Source: Camelus dromedarius
Lineage: Eukaryota
NCBI RefSeq assembly: GCF_036321535.1
Contig: NC_087472.1
Coordinates: 99,512,001 to 99,576,000, forward strand
Direction: 5' to 3'
Length of the DNA stretch: 64,000 nucleotides
The notes below the pieces were generated by a model. It did not search any database. It was not told the origin of the DNA and saw only the letters and a program-made list of their open reading frames with translations. A program made the position numbers and the translations under genes. This document shows, piece by piece, positions 25,568 to 36,804 of this stretch; position 1 is the stretch's first letter; each line of letters starts with the position of its first letter.

Positions 25568-26653
25568 AAAAGCCTTCATTCTAATTCTCTCTCCTACCCC
25601 TGGAAGAGAAAAAAACTATTTCATAGAGAAAAATGAGCCAGAGAGGCTCTAGACTTGGAACCGCAGGCATAGTAGGAAGTGGGGCGAGGCGCTGGATTGG
25701 AAACAGGGAGATCAAGTGAAAGCCTAGCACTGCATGGTGGTGTGATCCCCTGCCCCTGCCCAGTCCACCAGCTGAGACCATATCCTCCAGGCAGGAGAGC
25801 GCAGTCTTCTTTCTTGAAGAAACCGAATGATCCCTGAAGAAAGACCTCCAGATACTGAAATTAGAAGACTTCTGGGAAATATTCAATGTAGAGGCTGGCT
25901 ACTTGGCCAGTTGACCTACAAGAAAGCCTACCAGATGATAAGCTCTAGAACATCTGGTCCGCATCTTAGTACCTCACTCTTGCATACTAGCTAAAAGCCA
26001 GATCTCACCAAACATTTGAGAAAGGCTTCTAACATGAAAGAGTAAGGTCTGGGGAAACAAGCAATGCAGGGAAAAGAAAAGTTAAATTAATATCCTCTGA
26101 GTGCTATGGGATGAAATTGATTTCCTAAAACAAGAGTAGGATGACATTTTTTTAATCAGAAAAAGAAGAAACTCTTAGGAAATAAAAATGTGACAGTAAT
26201 GTTTTACATTTTAGTAGAATATTTAGAAGCTAAAATTGAGGAAACCTCCCAGAAAACAGACCAATGAGACAAAGAGAGAGAAAACAGGAGAGAAAAAGAG
26301 AAGCAATCTAACATTTACCTATAGGAATTCCAGAAAGAGATAGTAGGGAAATAGAGGGGAAGAAATTAGGAAAGAAATACCGTAAGATGTATGTTTTTCC
26401 CTCACATCTTAATATGTCTGAAATCAGAGTGTTTATTATAATCAAAGGTGTGACACATTTTAATTGGCAGTGCTTTTCAGAATGGTCCAGTGATAATCTT
26501 GCTCTTAGATTAGGGAGAATACTAAAATTCCAAAAAACAGTTATCCCCAACATGAGAACCATGAGTCTCAGGATTTAAACTGCCTATTCTCAAGAAGGAT
26601 CATTATTATGTAATATCAAAACACCAGGGATAAAGAGAAGATCCTGAAAGTTT

Positions 26654-27021
26654 TGTTGTTGTCTGAATGTATCTCCCGAAAATTCATATGTTGATGATGC
26701 CTTATCTCCAATGTGATGATGTTTAGAGGTGGGGCCTTTGGGAGGCGGTTAGATCATACGGGCAGAATCTTCATGAATGGGATTAGTGCCCTTGTAAAAT
26801 AGACCCCAGAGAGCTCCTTGACCCCTTCTGCCGTGTGAAGACACAGCAAGAAGATGGCTGTCTGTTAACCAGGGAACAGATCCTCACCAGACACCAAATC
26901 TGCCAGCAACTTGGACTTGGACTTCTCAGCCTCCAGAACTGTGAGAAATAAATTTCTGTTGTTTATTATAAGCCACCCAGTCTATGGTGTTCTGTTATAG
27001 CAGCCCAAATGGACTAAAACA
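26654..27021 (+). mobile_element. MLT1A-like MaLR solo LTR, full length
   Basis: TG...CA ends; ggtggggcctttgggagg, gacttctcagcctccagaactgtgagaaataaatttctgttgttta, tgttatagcagccc; 5 bp flanks agttt/ggttt. Confidence 0.9.
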
Positions 27022-30000
27022 GGTTTTAGAGATTTTTTTAATACCTTTATAAAGGACTGGGTATAAGAATAATACCAGACATTTCAACATTGAAAGTTAA
27101 AAGTCAAGGAACAATGCCTTTGAAATGCTTAGTGAAAATGATTTTCAACCAAGATATTTTCAGACATGTACCTATATTCTTAGGAAGTTGCTAGAAAATG
27201 GGCTTTGCCAACATTAGACGGTTATTTTCTAAGGAAAAGAGACATGAGATTCAGGCAACAAAAGATCCGTCATTTAAAAGTACAATGAAGAAAGTTCCTT
27301 TCTATTATGATGAATAAAGGATGCTTCAGAAGACTAGTTCATTCAGTAGGCCTCAAGAGTACTCAGTCCAGCTCGAAGCAGACAGATGATTCCAGGACGG
27401 CTGTCTCCAGGGGGAAAAATGTTGGAAGTAATGAATTATCAGATAGGAAGATTCACCTGAGAGGCAGAATGAGAAGAATTTCAGATAGGTACAAAGAAAA
27501 GAAAGCAAATTATAAAACAAAGCAACCATAAACTTTAAAACAAAATGTACACAAGAAATGTAACTAGAGTATATTTTTCAGCAGTAAACAGTGTTTACAT
27601 AGTCATAATATTTGTAAAGACTAAATGTTGATTTAACCAAAATGTGTGATATGTTTGTTAAGTCATCTGTAATAGGATGTCTAAATGTGATATCTTAAAT
27701 TGATGAGTCAAGAGAGAACAGTGTAAGGTTATTATTTACCGTATAAACACCAGAGGGAACAATGAAAAGAGCTGAAAGGGTATCAAGAACACTGGGCACT
27801 GCTATTTTTTTGTTGTATAAGCCTTGCATCATTATTTGACCCTTTAGCCTTTGATAAAAAATTAAGTAGAATTTAAAATAAAGCTTGTTGTAACTGGTGT
27901 AGTCAAGTAAAAATTCAGAGAAGATGTGAAATTTTATGTATAGGATTTTGAGAAGTATAGAAATGTCAATATTTGAGCGAAGGCTTTCTCATGGGAAAAT
28001 GGTGCAAACAAAAGCCAAAGTGGGGAAAGGGCGAGAGGTAGCTAAATCAGCTTTCCTAAAATGATGGTCATAAAGGAGAGCTGAATTTCTCCTAAATATA
28101 AAATACCTTCACTCAGACCTTCTTGACGTGTGGAACTGCCCTTGTGATGTCTCTCTTGAACATGTCCCCTGGGTTTGGTTTGTTTGTTTGTTTGTTTTCA
28201 GTAGAGTCATCTCATTATGGCTGGATTTTTCCCTGCTTCACACCTCATCTCTTCCTCTCTTCTCTTTGTTCTTCGCCCTGTAGTCTGCTTCCTTCCCACG
28301 TCCTAGATCCACTTCTCTTCCATCTTCTGGAATTTAATGCTATTTCCCTTTCTTCTGGCTTTGGAAGGCTTATTCCTTTCTTGTCTTTATCCACCTGAAG
28401 TAAAATTTTTATTTCCTCCATGTGTCTCATGAAATATAAGAAAATTTATCTAATTAAATTGACCCATACCAAAATATAACAAGTAGTCATCACCTTCCTC
28501 CATCTCCCTCCCCCAAGAATGTTTGCGTATTAGTTCATATTTAGTTGAATTTCTCACCAATTAACTTGCTCCAGCCAGTGTCTTTTGTTCTCCCTTCCTT
28601 GCTGGAGAGACTTCATTATTTTTATCCTTTATTCCAGTGGGGCTGGAAGAGAGACTGTCATTGTAGCAGAAGGTAGAGTGCTACATTGCCCCTCAAGCCA
28701 AGATACCTTCCTGGACTCCAGAATTTTCTGTCCTTTCTCAGCTAGCCAGAGGACTCCATGCTCTGATGATCCATGCTGAAGAAATAAGGAGTCTTGGCTG
28801 TTTAGCTTTCCATAAGCATCCAAGAATCAAAGCAGTTTCTTGCTTAGTGGGGAAATAATTCTCTTAATGGTTCTTGCAGTACTAGGCAAAGGTTCTTTTG
28901 AGACTTGAGAATTAGGAGATAAATAAGTACCTGGCACAAATAAGCCCAATAAGTGTTCATTTTCCTGTCCTCTTCCTTCCCGAGGCTGATCCTGCTCTCT
29001 ATTCACCAGGGTTAAAGTATGCTCCTTAAGGACTAGGGTGGTATCCAGTAATTTTGTGGCTGACAGTGTGCCTAGCCTCAGAATTGTGAAATGACTTGTC
29101 TTTCTCTTAACTTGGTCCTTTGACCCTTCTGTTCCCCTTATTATTTATTTCTAACGACCATGTGTACATGAATAACTCATTACATTGACTTTGTAAATAT
29201 TATATTTCTCTAGTCCTAAACACTATGTTTATCAACTCAGTCTTTATAGCTCTTGTATCATAGTCACATACATGATTGTCAAGAATTGGAGAAAGCTTGT
29301 TAAAAGTAGTAGTGGTAAAAATGGTTTAAAAAGATAGGATGGATGGAGATAGGTCGTAGATGACCTTAGATGCCAAGTTAAAGAGCAGTGCCCCTGTAAA
29401 GGACAGGCAGGAGTACATTGGCAATGCCTCATTCTTTTCAAATCCCCTGCAGTCATGATAGCCTTTAGCAGTAGTTTCTTCTAATTTTTATGTATGCCGT
29501 TCCTTCAGCTATCATTCGTAGTAACCCTCAGGCAGCAGTGATATGTATGCTGGCCTTCACAACATCAGGGAATTTCACCAGTTCCCAGTTGTCTGCTGGT
29601 TTCCTCCATTTCCTTGAAGTTTCCCTCAAGCTACCTCAAAACTTGAATTTGAACATCCAAAATGATACTCAAAACCATGAGTCCAGCACATACTTGCACA
29701 ACTCTTGCAGTCATCGTGGGTCAAACACAAACTACAGAAAGAGAAGCCCTAGCAGAGTAGACAATAGACAGTGAAGAACCACTCAACACAGGGAAGTACA
29801 ATAGAGTGCTCATTGGCAGGGAACATTTGTGGAGTGATACATTGATGACACTTACTGACTAATTGTGTAGAGTACTGTCTGTTGTTCTAACTCTCATTGG
29901 CTGAGTATATTTTAGCACTTAGAGCATGGGAAAAATGTGCTCTAGCAGATTTAAGTATAAACCACTTAGGAAAATGTTTCTGAGATAAGTAGCATTATCA

Positions 30001-31379
30001 TTAGCACTGCATGGTGGCATTAAATGGAGTATGTGTATAACAGGCATAATTTCCAAGCATATAAAATTTCCATTGCTACATTTTTGGCTCTGTTTCAGGG
30101 CTATTTTTTAATTTCTAGTGTCCCTTTCCTCCACCCCTAAGAGCTTTAAAAAAAAATACCCCTCCTTTTTTTAAATCATGGCTTGCTTAATTCATATGGT
30201 GCCTCTGATCCAGAATTGCCTTTCCTCTGCTGTAGTCTACTCATCATAATACCCACTTTTTTTTTTTCAGTTCGAGTGATCTAAACCATGATTGGAAAAA
30301 AAGAAAATTCATTTGATTAAGTTTTGTTCAAGTATGAATGGTTTGTTGAGTCAACCTGAAACATTGGTGTATTGAAAGTTGTAACCCCTGTACTTAAATG
30401 AGTCTCTTAATTTAACCATTTTAGACAAACATGACTAAGTAAAAAGAACTCCAGGCTAAGCAGGAGTAAAATGTGTGAATGTGGAGACCAGCAATACCAC
30501 CTAGAGTGTATCGCTGCTTACTGCAAGATTCCAGCCTGGGACATTGGTGATGCTACCTCCTCACCCTCTCTTCATGCTCGGGGGGAACATTGCAAGTGGA
30601 GCATAGCGCACTTTCCATTGAGACCAGGCCTTAAAAGCAACCCCTCGTAGTGCTGTAGGAAGCCACTACCATTTGATTCAAGGTGATGATCATGAAACTT
30701 ATTTCCCGTCTCTAATTTAAAACCTTAGAACCTTAGCACTTTATAACATTATCTACTAATGGATGTGTTCTACAGAATAATTCTCTTATACTTAAATGAT
30801 ACTTAAATGGAAATCCTTAGATATTAAACTTTTTAGTGTCTGAAAAATTGATTCATACAAAAATTGTATCTAAAGAAATTGGTTAAGAACATGTTAATTT
30901 TAAGTTTTAATCATAGGAGTGAATTTTTTTCCAGTAGGGTTCAACTACAATGGAGTCATAAGGTGATTGATAATTGAGTTTGACCAAGGTTGGGGTTTTT
31001 GCCAGACAGATATAAAGTATGATAGAAAAGTGTTCAGGAATTCTGCTGTGGACCCTCTACTGAGCTGTCTTCCTTCAGGATCTTATCGAGAGGTTTAGTA
31101 CCTCCTGGTTTCTGACCAAAGTCGGCCACTGGTCATACATATACACGTTCCTTCCCCAGATGGAATTGCCTGGCTATGCTCCCACCACATCACGGCCATT
31201 CCCACTTCCAGACTGTGTGAACTTGGACAGCAGTTTCCTTAACTTCTCTCTAAGCCTCAGTTTATTCATCTGTAGTGTGGAGAATAGTCCTTATCTCATT
31301 GTGGTGAGAATTAAGTGAAATAATTTCAGGTGAAGCTTGGTTCTTAGCATATAGTAGTATCTTAAATGATACTGTTAGA

Positions 31380-32480
31380 ATTATACTTGAAAGAAAAATT
31401 TATTACTAAATAAGAATTCAATTAAAAGAACTAAGGATTCAATGAAAGAAGCTAGATAAAGAACTATAAAGTAAACCTGTAAAAAGAAGGAGAAAGGATT
31501 TAAATATAATTTTCAAAATCAGTGAATTAGAAAACAGGAAAAATAAAAAACAAAAGCAAACGTACAACATTAGGAAAGCAAAACAGGATACAACCACGGA
31601 TAGGAAGGAGATTAAAACATCGTAACAACTGAAATATTTACAGATGAAATGATATAATGTCTGGGGTTTGCTTCAAAGTAATTAATTATCAGAGTAGGGG
31701 GAAGTGAATATATGAAGCAAGATTGGTCATGAATTGATAATTACTATAGTTGGGTGCTGAGTTCATGAAGGTTTGTTATACTAATCTGTCTACTTTTAGA
31801 TACGCTTGAAATTTTCCTTAAATTTGATTTTAAAAACAATAGTGTACTAAGTATAATTCTATACTAATATGAAAGTTTTGCTGAAATAATGTGGTTTTAT
31901 AGAAAATCTAAATGATATCATTTAGAAAGGGATAGAAAAACTGTGACTTTACCAATAGCAAGGGAGAAATTTAAGTTATTAAAGAACGAATACAGCCCCC
32001 CACCACACACACAACTATAGTGCCAGGACCCAATAGGAGAAATCTTTAAAACTTTGAAGAAGTAGGTCATTCCTGTGGTCTTTAAATTGTGCTAAAGCAT
32101 AGGAAAAAATTGTGTTGCCTTCTAGTCCATTTTATAAAGTTAGCATAGCCCGGAAAATAAAAGTTAATACAGAAGAGGAAACTGTGCCAATTTAATTTAT
32201 GAATACAGATGCAAAAATCCTTTTAAAAATTTATAAATGAAATACAGACTTATATTAAAACAATGAAATTTTCCCAGAAATGCAAGCATACTAGGACATC
32301 TATTGATCTAAGTTATCAAACCAGTAGGTCAAAGGAGAAATACTAAGCAGTCATATTAATAGACAATAAAGAGACATTTTATAAAATTGAGTATTCATTC
32401 CTCTTTTAGTAAAAAGGATATAGTTTGATGTTAACATGATTGAAATATGTCTAAAACCAAATATTGATATCATAGCTGAG
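31380..32480 (+). mobile_element. Decayed L1 ORF2 with nested L1MC4-like 3' end (~31625-31830)
   Basis: aaatatttacagatgaaatgatataatgtctggggtttgcttcaaa; tatgaatacagatgcaaaaatcc. Confidence 0.7.
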
Positions 32481-33132
32481 TGATTTACTGAGTATATTCC
32501 CGAGTCACGATCAGGTAGCATTTATTAGCGTTTGCTTTGTACTCCGAAGACTATGAGAAATTTGAGTTTTATTCTGGGGTGGAAAGCCATTGAAGAATGT
32601 GAGGTAAGGGTATGACCCAGACTGATTTCTGTTTTAAAATCATTCTGGTTGCCATAAAGAGAAAGGATTGCACAGGGAAAATTTGGAAGGAGGAAAACCA
32701 GTTAGATGGCACTAGGTGATAATGGTTTGTATTGATGTGGCAGAGGAAATGGAAGTAGATTTGAGGTTTATTTCAGAGTTAAAGTATGTAGAATTTGTTT
32801 ATGGATTAAATATGAAGGGAAGGAAATTAGATAAGAAAGAAAGAAGCCAAAAAGGAGTTATAGGTTTTGGGGATTGGTATTGGTGCTGCTGCCTAAAATG
32901 AGGAAGATTAGCTTCCCATTACACTTGAAATAAAACCCAAATCCAAACTTCCTGATAGTCTGTAAGGCCCTACTTCATATGGCCCAAACCTTCCTCCCCA
33001 TCTCCTTCTCTTTCCTTGCTGTTCACCACATTCTAGCCACCAAGGTCTTTCCTTTGTGTTTTGAATTCATTAAGCTGATTCCTAATCTCAGGGCTTATGC
33101 ATTTGCTGCTTATTCTGTTTGAGGGCTCAAGA

Positions 33133-33335
33133 CCATGAGTCAGCAAACTTGGTCTATAAAGGGCTGGGTAGTAAACATTTTAGGCTTTGTGAGCCATCTG
33201 GTCTCTGTGGCAACTGCTCGAGTCAGCGGTAGCCATTGTGGAGCAAAAGCAACTGGAGCTCTTCTGTAAATAGAGATGGGTGTGACCAGATTTGGCCCTT
33301 GACTGGTCCTGCCTGGCTGTAGTTTGGCCCTGCCA
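33133..33335 (+). mobile_element. MER58A-like hAT MITE
   Basis: gtcagcaaact...taaagggctgggtagtaaacattttaggctttgtgagccat...ctgtagtttggccctg. Confidence 0.8.
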
Positions 33336-33605
33336 GAGGTCGTGGTGTGGTTGCCTCATTATTATTTAGGTTCTTCCTGGAAGACAACTTGGGCAAATAA
33401 GTTAGGGCCAAGAAACTTTAAAATGCTGCATACTCTACTTCTAAAAATAGAATGCCATGTCTGGAAATTATTTCTAATAAATTGTGAATGTGCACATTGA
33501 CATCCCAGTGATGTAGGAGATCAAATACCCAACAATCCGGAATTTGTATAGTAGAATCCTCTGCAGTCATTAATAATGTATTGAAGATTACTTAATAATA
33601 GAGAA

Positions 33606-33775
33606 CAGGGGTCAGCAAACTATACCCGAGGCCTGCCCCATTTTTGTAAATGAAGTGTTATTGGAACACAACCTCATCCATTCCTCTTCCCGCTGCGGTG
33701 GCAGTGTTGACAAGACCAATATGGCCTGCAAAGCCAAAAATATTTACTGTCTGGCCCTCTACAGGAAAAAAAAAG
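33606..33775. mobile_element. MER58-family MITE fragment
   Basis: caggggtcagcaaacta...ttattggaacaca...tggcctgcaaagccaaaaatatttactgtctggccctctacag. Confidence 0.8.
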
Positions 33776-35416
33776 TGATAATATATGTAGTATGGTCCAC
33801 GTGTGTGCATGTGTATATGCATAGAAAGATTGGAAAGCACCAAAATAGTGAATTTTTTTCCTCTTTTGTTTTTCTCCTTTCTGTTTATCTTTGTTGTTTG
33901 TTTTCTATACTGAACATGCATAATTTTTATAATAAAAGTTACTTTTTAAATAGTAAGGTAAATGATAAAACCAATAAGATACAAAAATGAAAAACTAGCT
34001 GAAAATTTAATAAGAGAAATTTAAAGAAAGTTGAAAGTCAGAGGCAGGAAAAGTATCAACAATAATACCTAGTTTCATACACACAACCACACAAGTAGTG
34101 TCCATTTCAGATTTCAGCATATAATTCTTAATTGGGCCACCATTATTTGAGTTCCTACTATGTGCTGTTTGCTATCAGGCTACAAAGATACGTATGTTGC
34201 CTTTTCTGAAGATTAATCTGGTAGGGGCAATGGGATGTGCTTGAACACTAATAAATGCCACAAGCGATATACTCAAGGACCTTAAGAGCTTTCATTCTGG
34301 TTAGGAGATAGCTAACACTCAAGTAAAGCAGTTGCTCAGTGATGAGTTGCAATATGATTATAAGGCATTCTAATGTGAGTTAGTCTTTTAACTTTGTTTA
34401 TGATACCTTTTGATGTAGAGGAATTTTTGAATGTTACAGTCAAATCTATATCCATACTTTCCTCTATGGCCTCTGCATTCTCTAAACAGGTAGCCAGATG
34501 TCCTAACATCTCCCTCAGATGTAAAGTGTCACATTTTTCTTTCCTGTCTCTCTGCTTATCTTTTATACAGAAGTGCCATGCTGTTTTAATTAAGGTATCA
34601 TTTCAACTCAGGGACACTTATTTCAGATTTTGGTATCTAAAATATTGCTTCCCTTTTTTGGTGGTAATATTAAATAAAAAGCATAACTCACAGCACAACA
34701 TGAATGGTTAACCTGAGCATCAGTGGTTATTAAAGCCAATTTAGACTAACCCTTTAAATTCAAAGAATGTTGGTTGTTCCTGTTAAGTACTGTTTGAGTA
34801 AAGTTGATGGCTGCTCTGTACAGAGACACTCCTGTTCTGTATACTTTAATTGGCTCTGCAGTAACCATGATGTTTAACTCTTGACACTCTTAAGAAGCAC
34901 CTCACATTCAGATGGCAGTTCTACATTAGGCGGTTGTCCTAGGCTTGCTCCTCTTTTGCAGTACTGTAAGGAGCCTTAAGTAATTCCTTTTGGGAGATGG
35001 TGGGATTCATGTTCTGATGGAAAACTTTCTGAGTGCTTTCCTTGCTGAAAAGTTTTGACATGCATTTTTAATCAAGAGATGTGCACAGATTCCCAGGCAG
35101 AATTGAAAGTTTAATCTTAGATATTTATTTGAATCCCAGTTGATTCTAATGTATTTGGTTACATAGGATAATTTTTAAAATCGAGCAGATTTTTTTTTTC
35201 AACTCCTGTTAAGTCATTTATAGAATATTGCCATAAAAATCTGATCTAGCAGGAACATTTATAAAACATAGCCCTAAGAATTCAGTCTAGCGGGAAGAGC
35301 CCTGGCCTTTCACGTGGTACCTGTAGCACCTAATGGGCCCTCTAACATTTGCTCAATACAGGAGAGCAGCACTGAGCTCCCATGATAGATTGCTCCAACA
35401 TCAAATATGTGTCTGC

Positions 35417-35580
35417 TTTTTTTTTTTATTTGTTATAATTTATTTCTTTTTTTTATTCAAATATTAGTCAGTTTACAATGTTGTGTTAATTTCAGGAGTA
35501 CAGCATATTGATTCAGATATATATACAAAACTTTTCCTTTTCATGTTCTTTTATATTATAGGCTATTACAAGATATTGAA
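35417..35580 (-). mobile_element. Lineage-specific L1 3' end, antisense
   Basis: T-rich tail then tagtcagtttacaatgttgtgttaatttcagg...tataggctattacaagatattgaata. Degenerate TSD aatatgtgtctgcttt / aataggtgcctgcttt. Confidence 0.8.
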
Positions 35581-36539
35581 TAGGTGCCTGCTTTGATCAT
35601 AGTTCCTTCAAGCTTGAAGCAAGCTTGGTGATTTCTAGAGGCTATTCAGGTTTTGAAAATTCGGTGATTTTTATTCAGTTCGTATAGGCTATGTAGATTA
35701 ATGTTTGAGGTTTTTTTATTGGTTCCACCTAGATTAAGTGTACATTAAGTATTTCCCCACAACTTTCCTGTCCTTTGGTTTCGTTTAAATACCACTATCT
35801 CAGTGATCATGTTCTGAATATTGGCATACTTTAAAAAATATTTTCCAAAGCAAAAATACCTTAGAAGAACTTCTGGAAGCTATTAGAGGATGGAATGGAG
35901 TAAGGGATTGTCGGGTAGCTTGGCCCCTCTCCTTTTCCAGGTTGACTTCTACAGTAAATGTTCCTTTTACTCACTAACAACCCAGGGAGTGGACTTTTTT
36001 TTTTTTTTAATTTAGATTTTGTCAACCAGGAATGTGAGTTTTAGTTATGGGCCTTGACGTCTTTAACCTGGTTGATAATTGATGTTTATGACCAATGTGA
36101 ATTTAAATGGAATTTACTTTCATTTAAGGCAGGAAGAATCTGTCCTTAACGCACAATCAGAAAGTTTCTTGCATGTGGTCATTTTCTTCCCATAGTTATG
36201 AAACTCTTCCTCATTGACAGGGAACACTCATGACATTTCTATGTATAACCTTAAACTAGTCTTGAAAGTATCCTTTGGGGTGTGTGTATAAACATTACAA
36301 AGGGTAAAATTTCACATGTGCATCAATGACATATTATTTTAATAGTGCTGGCTAGTTTCAGTTGCTTTTGAAGAGTCGTATGGCTAAGAAATACCAGTAT
36401 TTTTCAGGATTCTGAAATAAAATAATGTTCATTTCACTGGTTGTGAAAAATTGTCTGGATTTCTGGGAACCAGGAGTAAAGAACATTTCAACAGGATTTT
36501 GCTATCAGCAAATCTGTTTTGGTTTCCTGTTCTGGACTC

Positions 36540-36765
36540 CCTACCTATCAGCTTCATTAGTGCCCGCGCCATTACGTTTCTCCTTTCTTTTACCACAGGA
36601 AAATTGTCAGGCCTCTTTTTCTAGCAGTTCAGGACCCGCCTGACAGGAAATTTTCTAATTGCCGGAACAGCTGGTAGGGGAAAACTTTACTGGGGCTTGG
36701 CCTTCCCTTTCTAACTTAAGTTTTACCGTCAGAAATTCTTTTATCACCATCATGGTTTCGTAGCC
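36540..36765 (+). promoter_or_regulatory. Candidate internal promoter / 5' UTR of the alternative exon
   Basis: Cluster of CpGs (gcccgcgcc, ttacgt, gacccgcc, gccggaac, accgtc) in a CpG-depleted window, with an ETS-like CCGGAA and a CAGCTG E-box near 36662-36675. Confidence 0.4.
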
Positions 36766-36804
36766 ATGTTTAAATTTTTGTCTTTTCGTGTTCGCTCTAT
36801 ACAG
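36766..36804 (+). CDS. RPS6KA3: Probable alternative first coding exon of RSK2 (MFKFLSFRVRSIQ)
   Basis: gccATG followed by exactly 13 codons ending at a near-consensus donor CAG|gtaagc. Phase 0 matches exon 3. Lies in non-repeat sequence with local CpG retention. Confidence 0.65.

Larger units (their letters stand above)
24715..27870 (+). mobile_element. HAL1/L1M-like element (ORF1-only relic) carrying nested insertions
   Basis: ORF1-like A-rich remnants (aacatttacctataggaattccagaaagaga, ggaacaatgcctttgaaatgct...gaaaatgattttcaacc) and a HAL1-like tail (tataagccttgcatcattatttgac...tttgataaaaa). Confidence 0.6.

Noticed and set aside
29400..29910. Non-L1-looking stretch with a 94 aa ORF, possibly an old DNA transposon
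   Set aside because: I could not identify terminal repeats or protein similarity; left unassigned pending a Dfam search.
30682..30843. Possible C/D snoRNA (GTGATGA ... CTGA)
   Set aside because: No convincing terminal stem or recognisable guide, and the body is AT-rich. The motifs are expected by chance.
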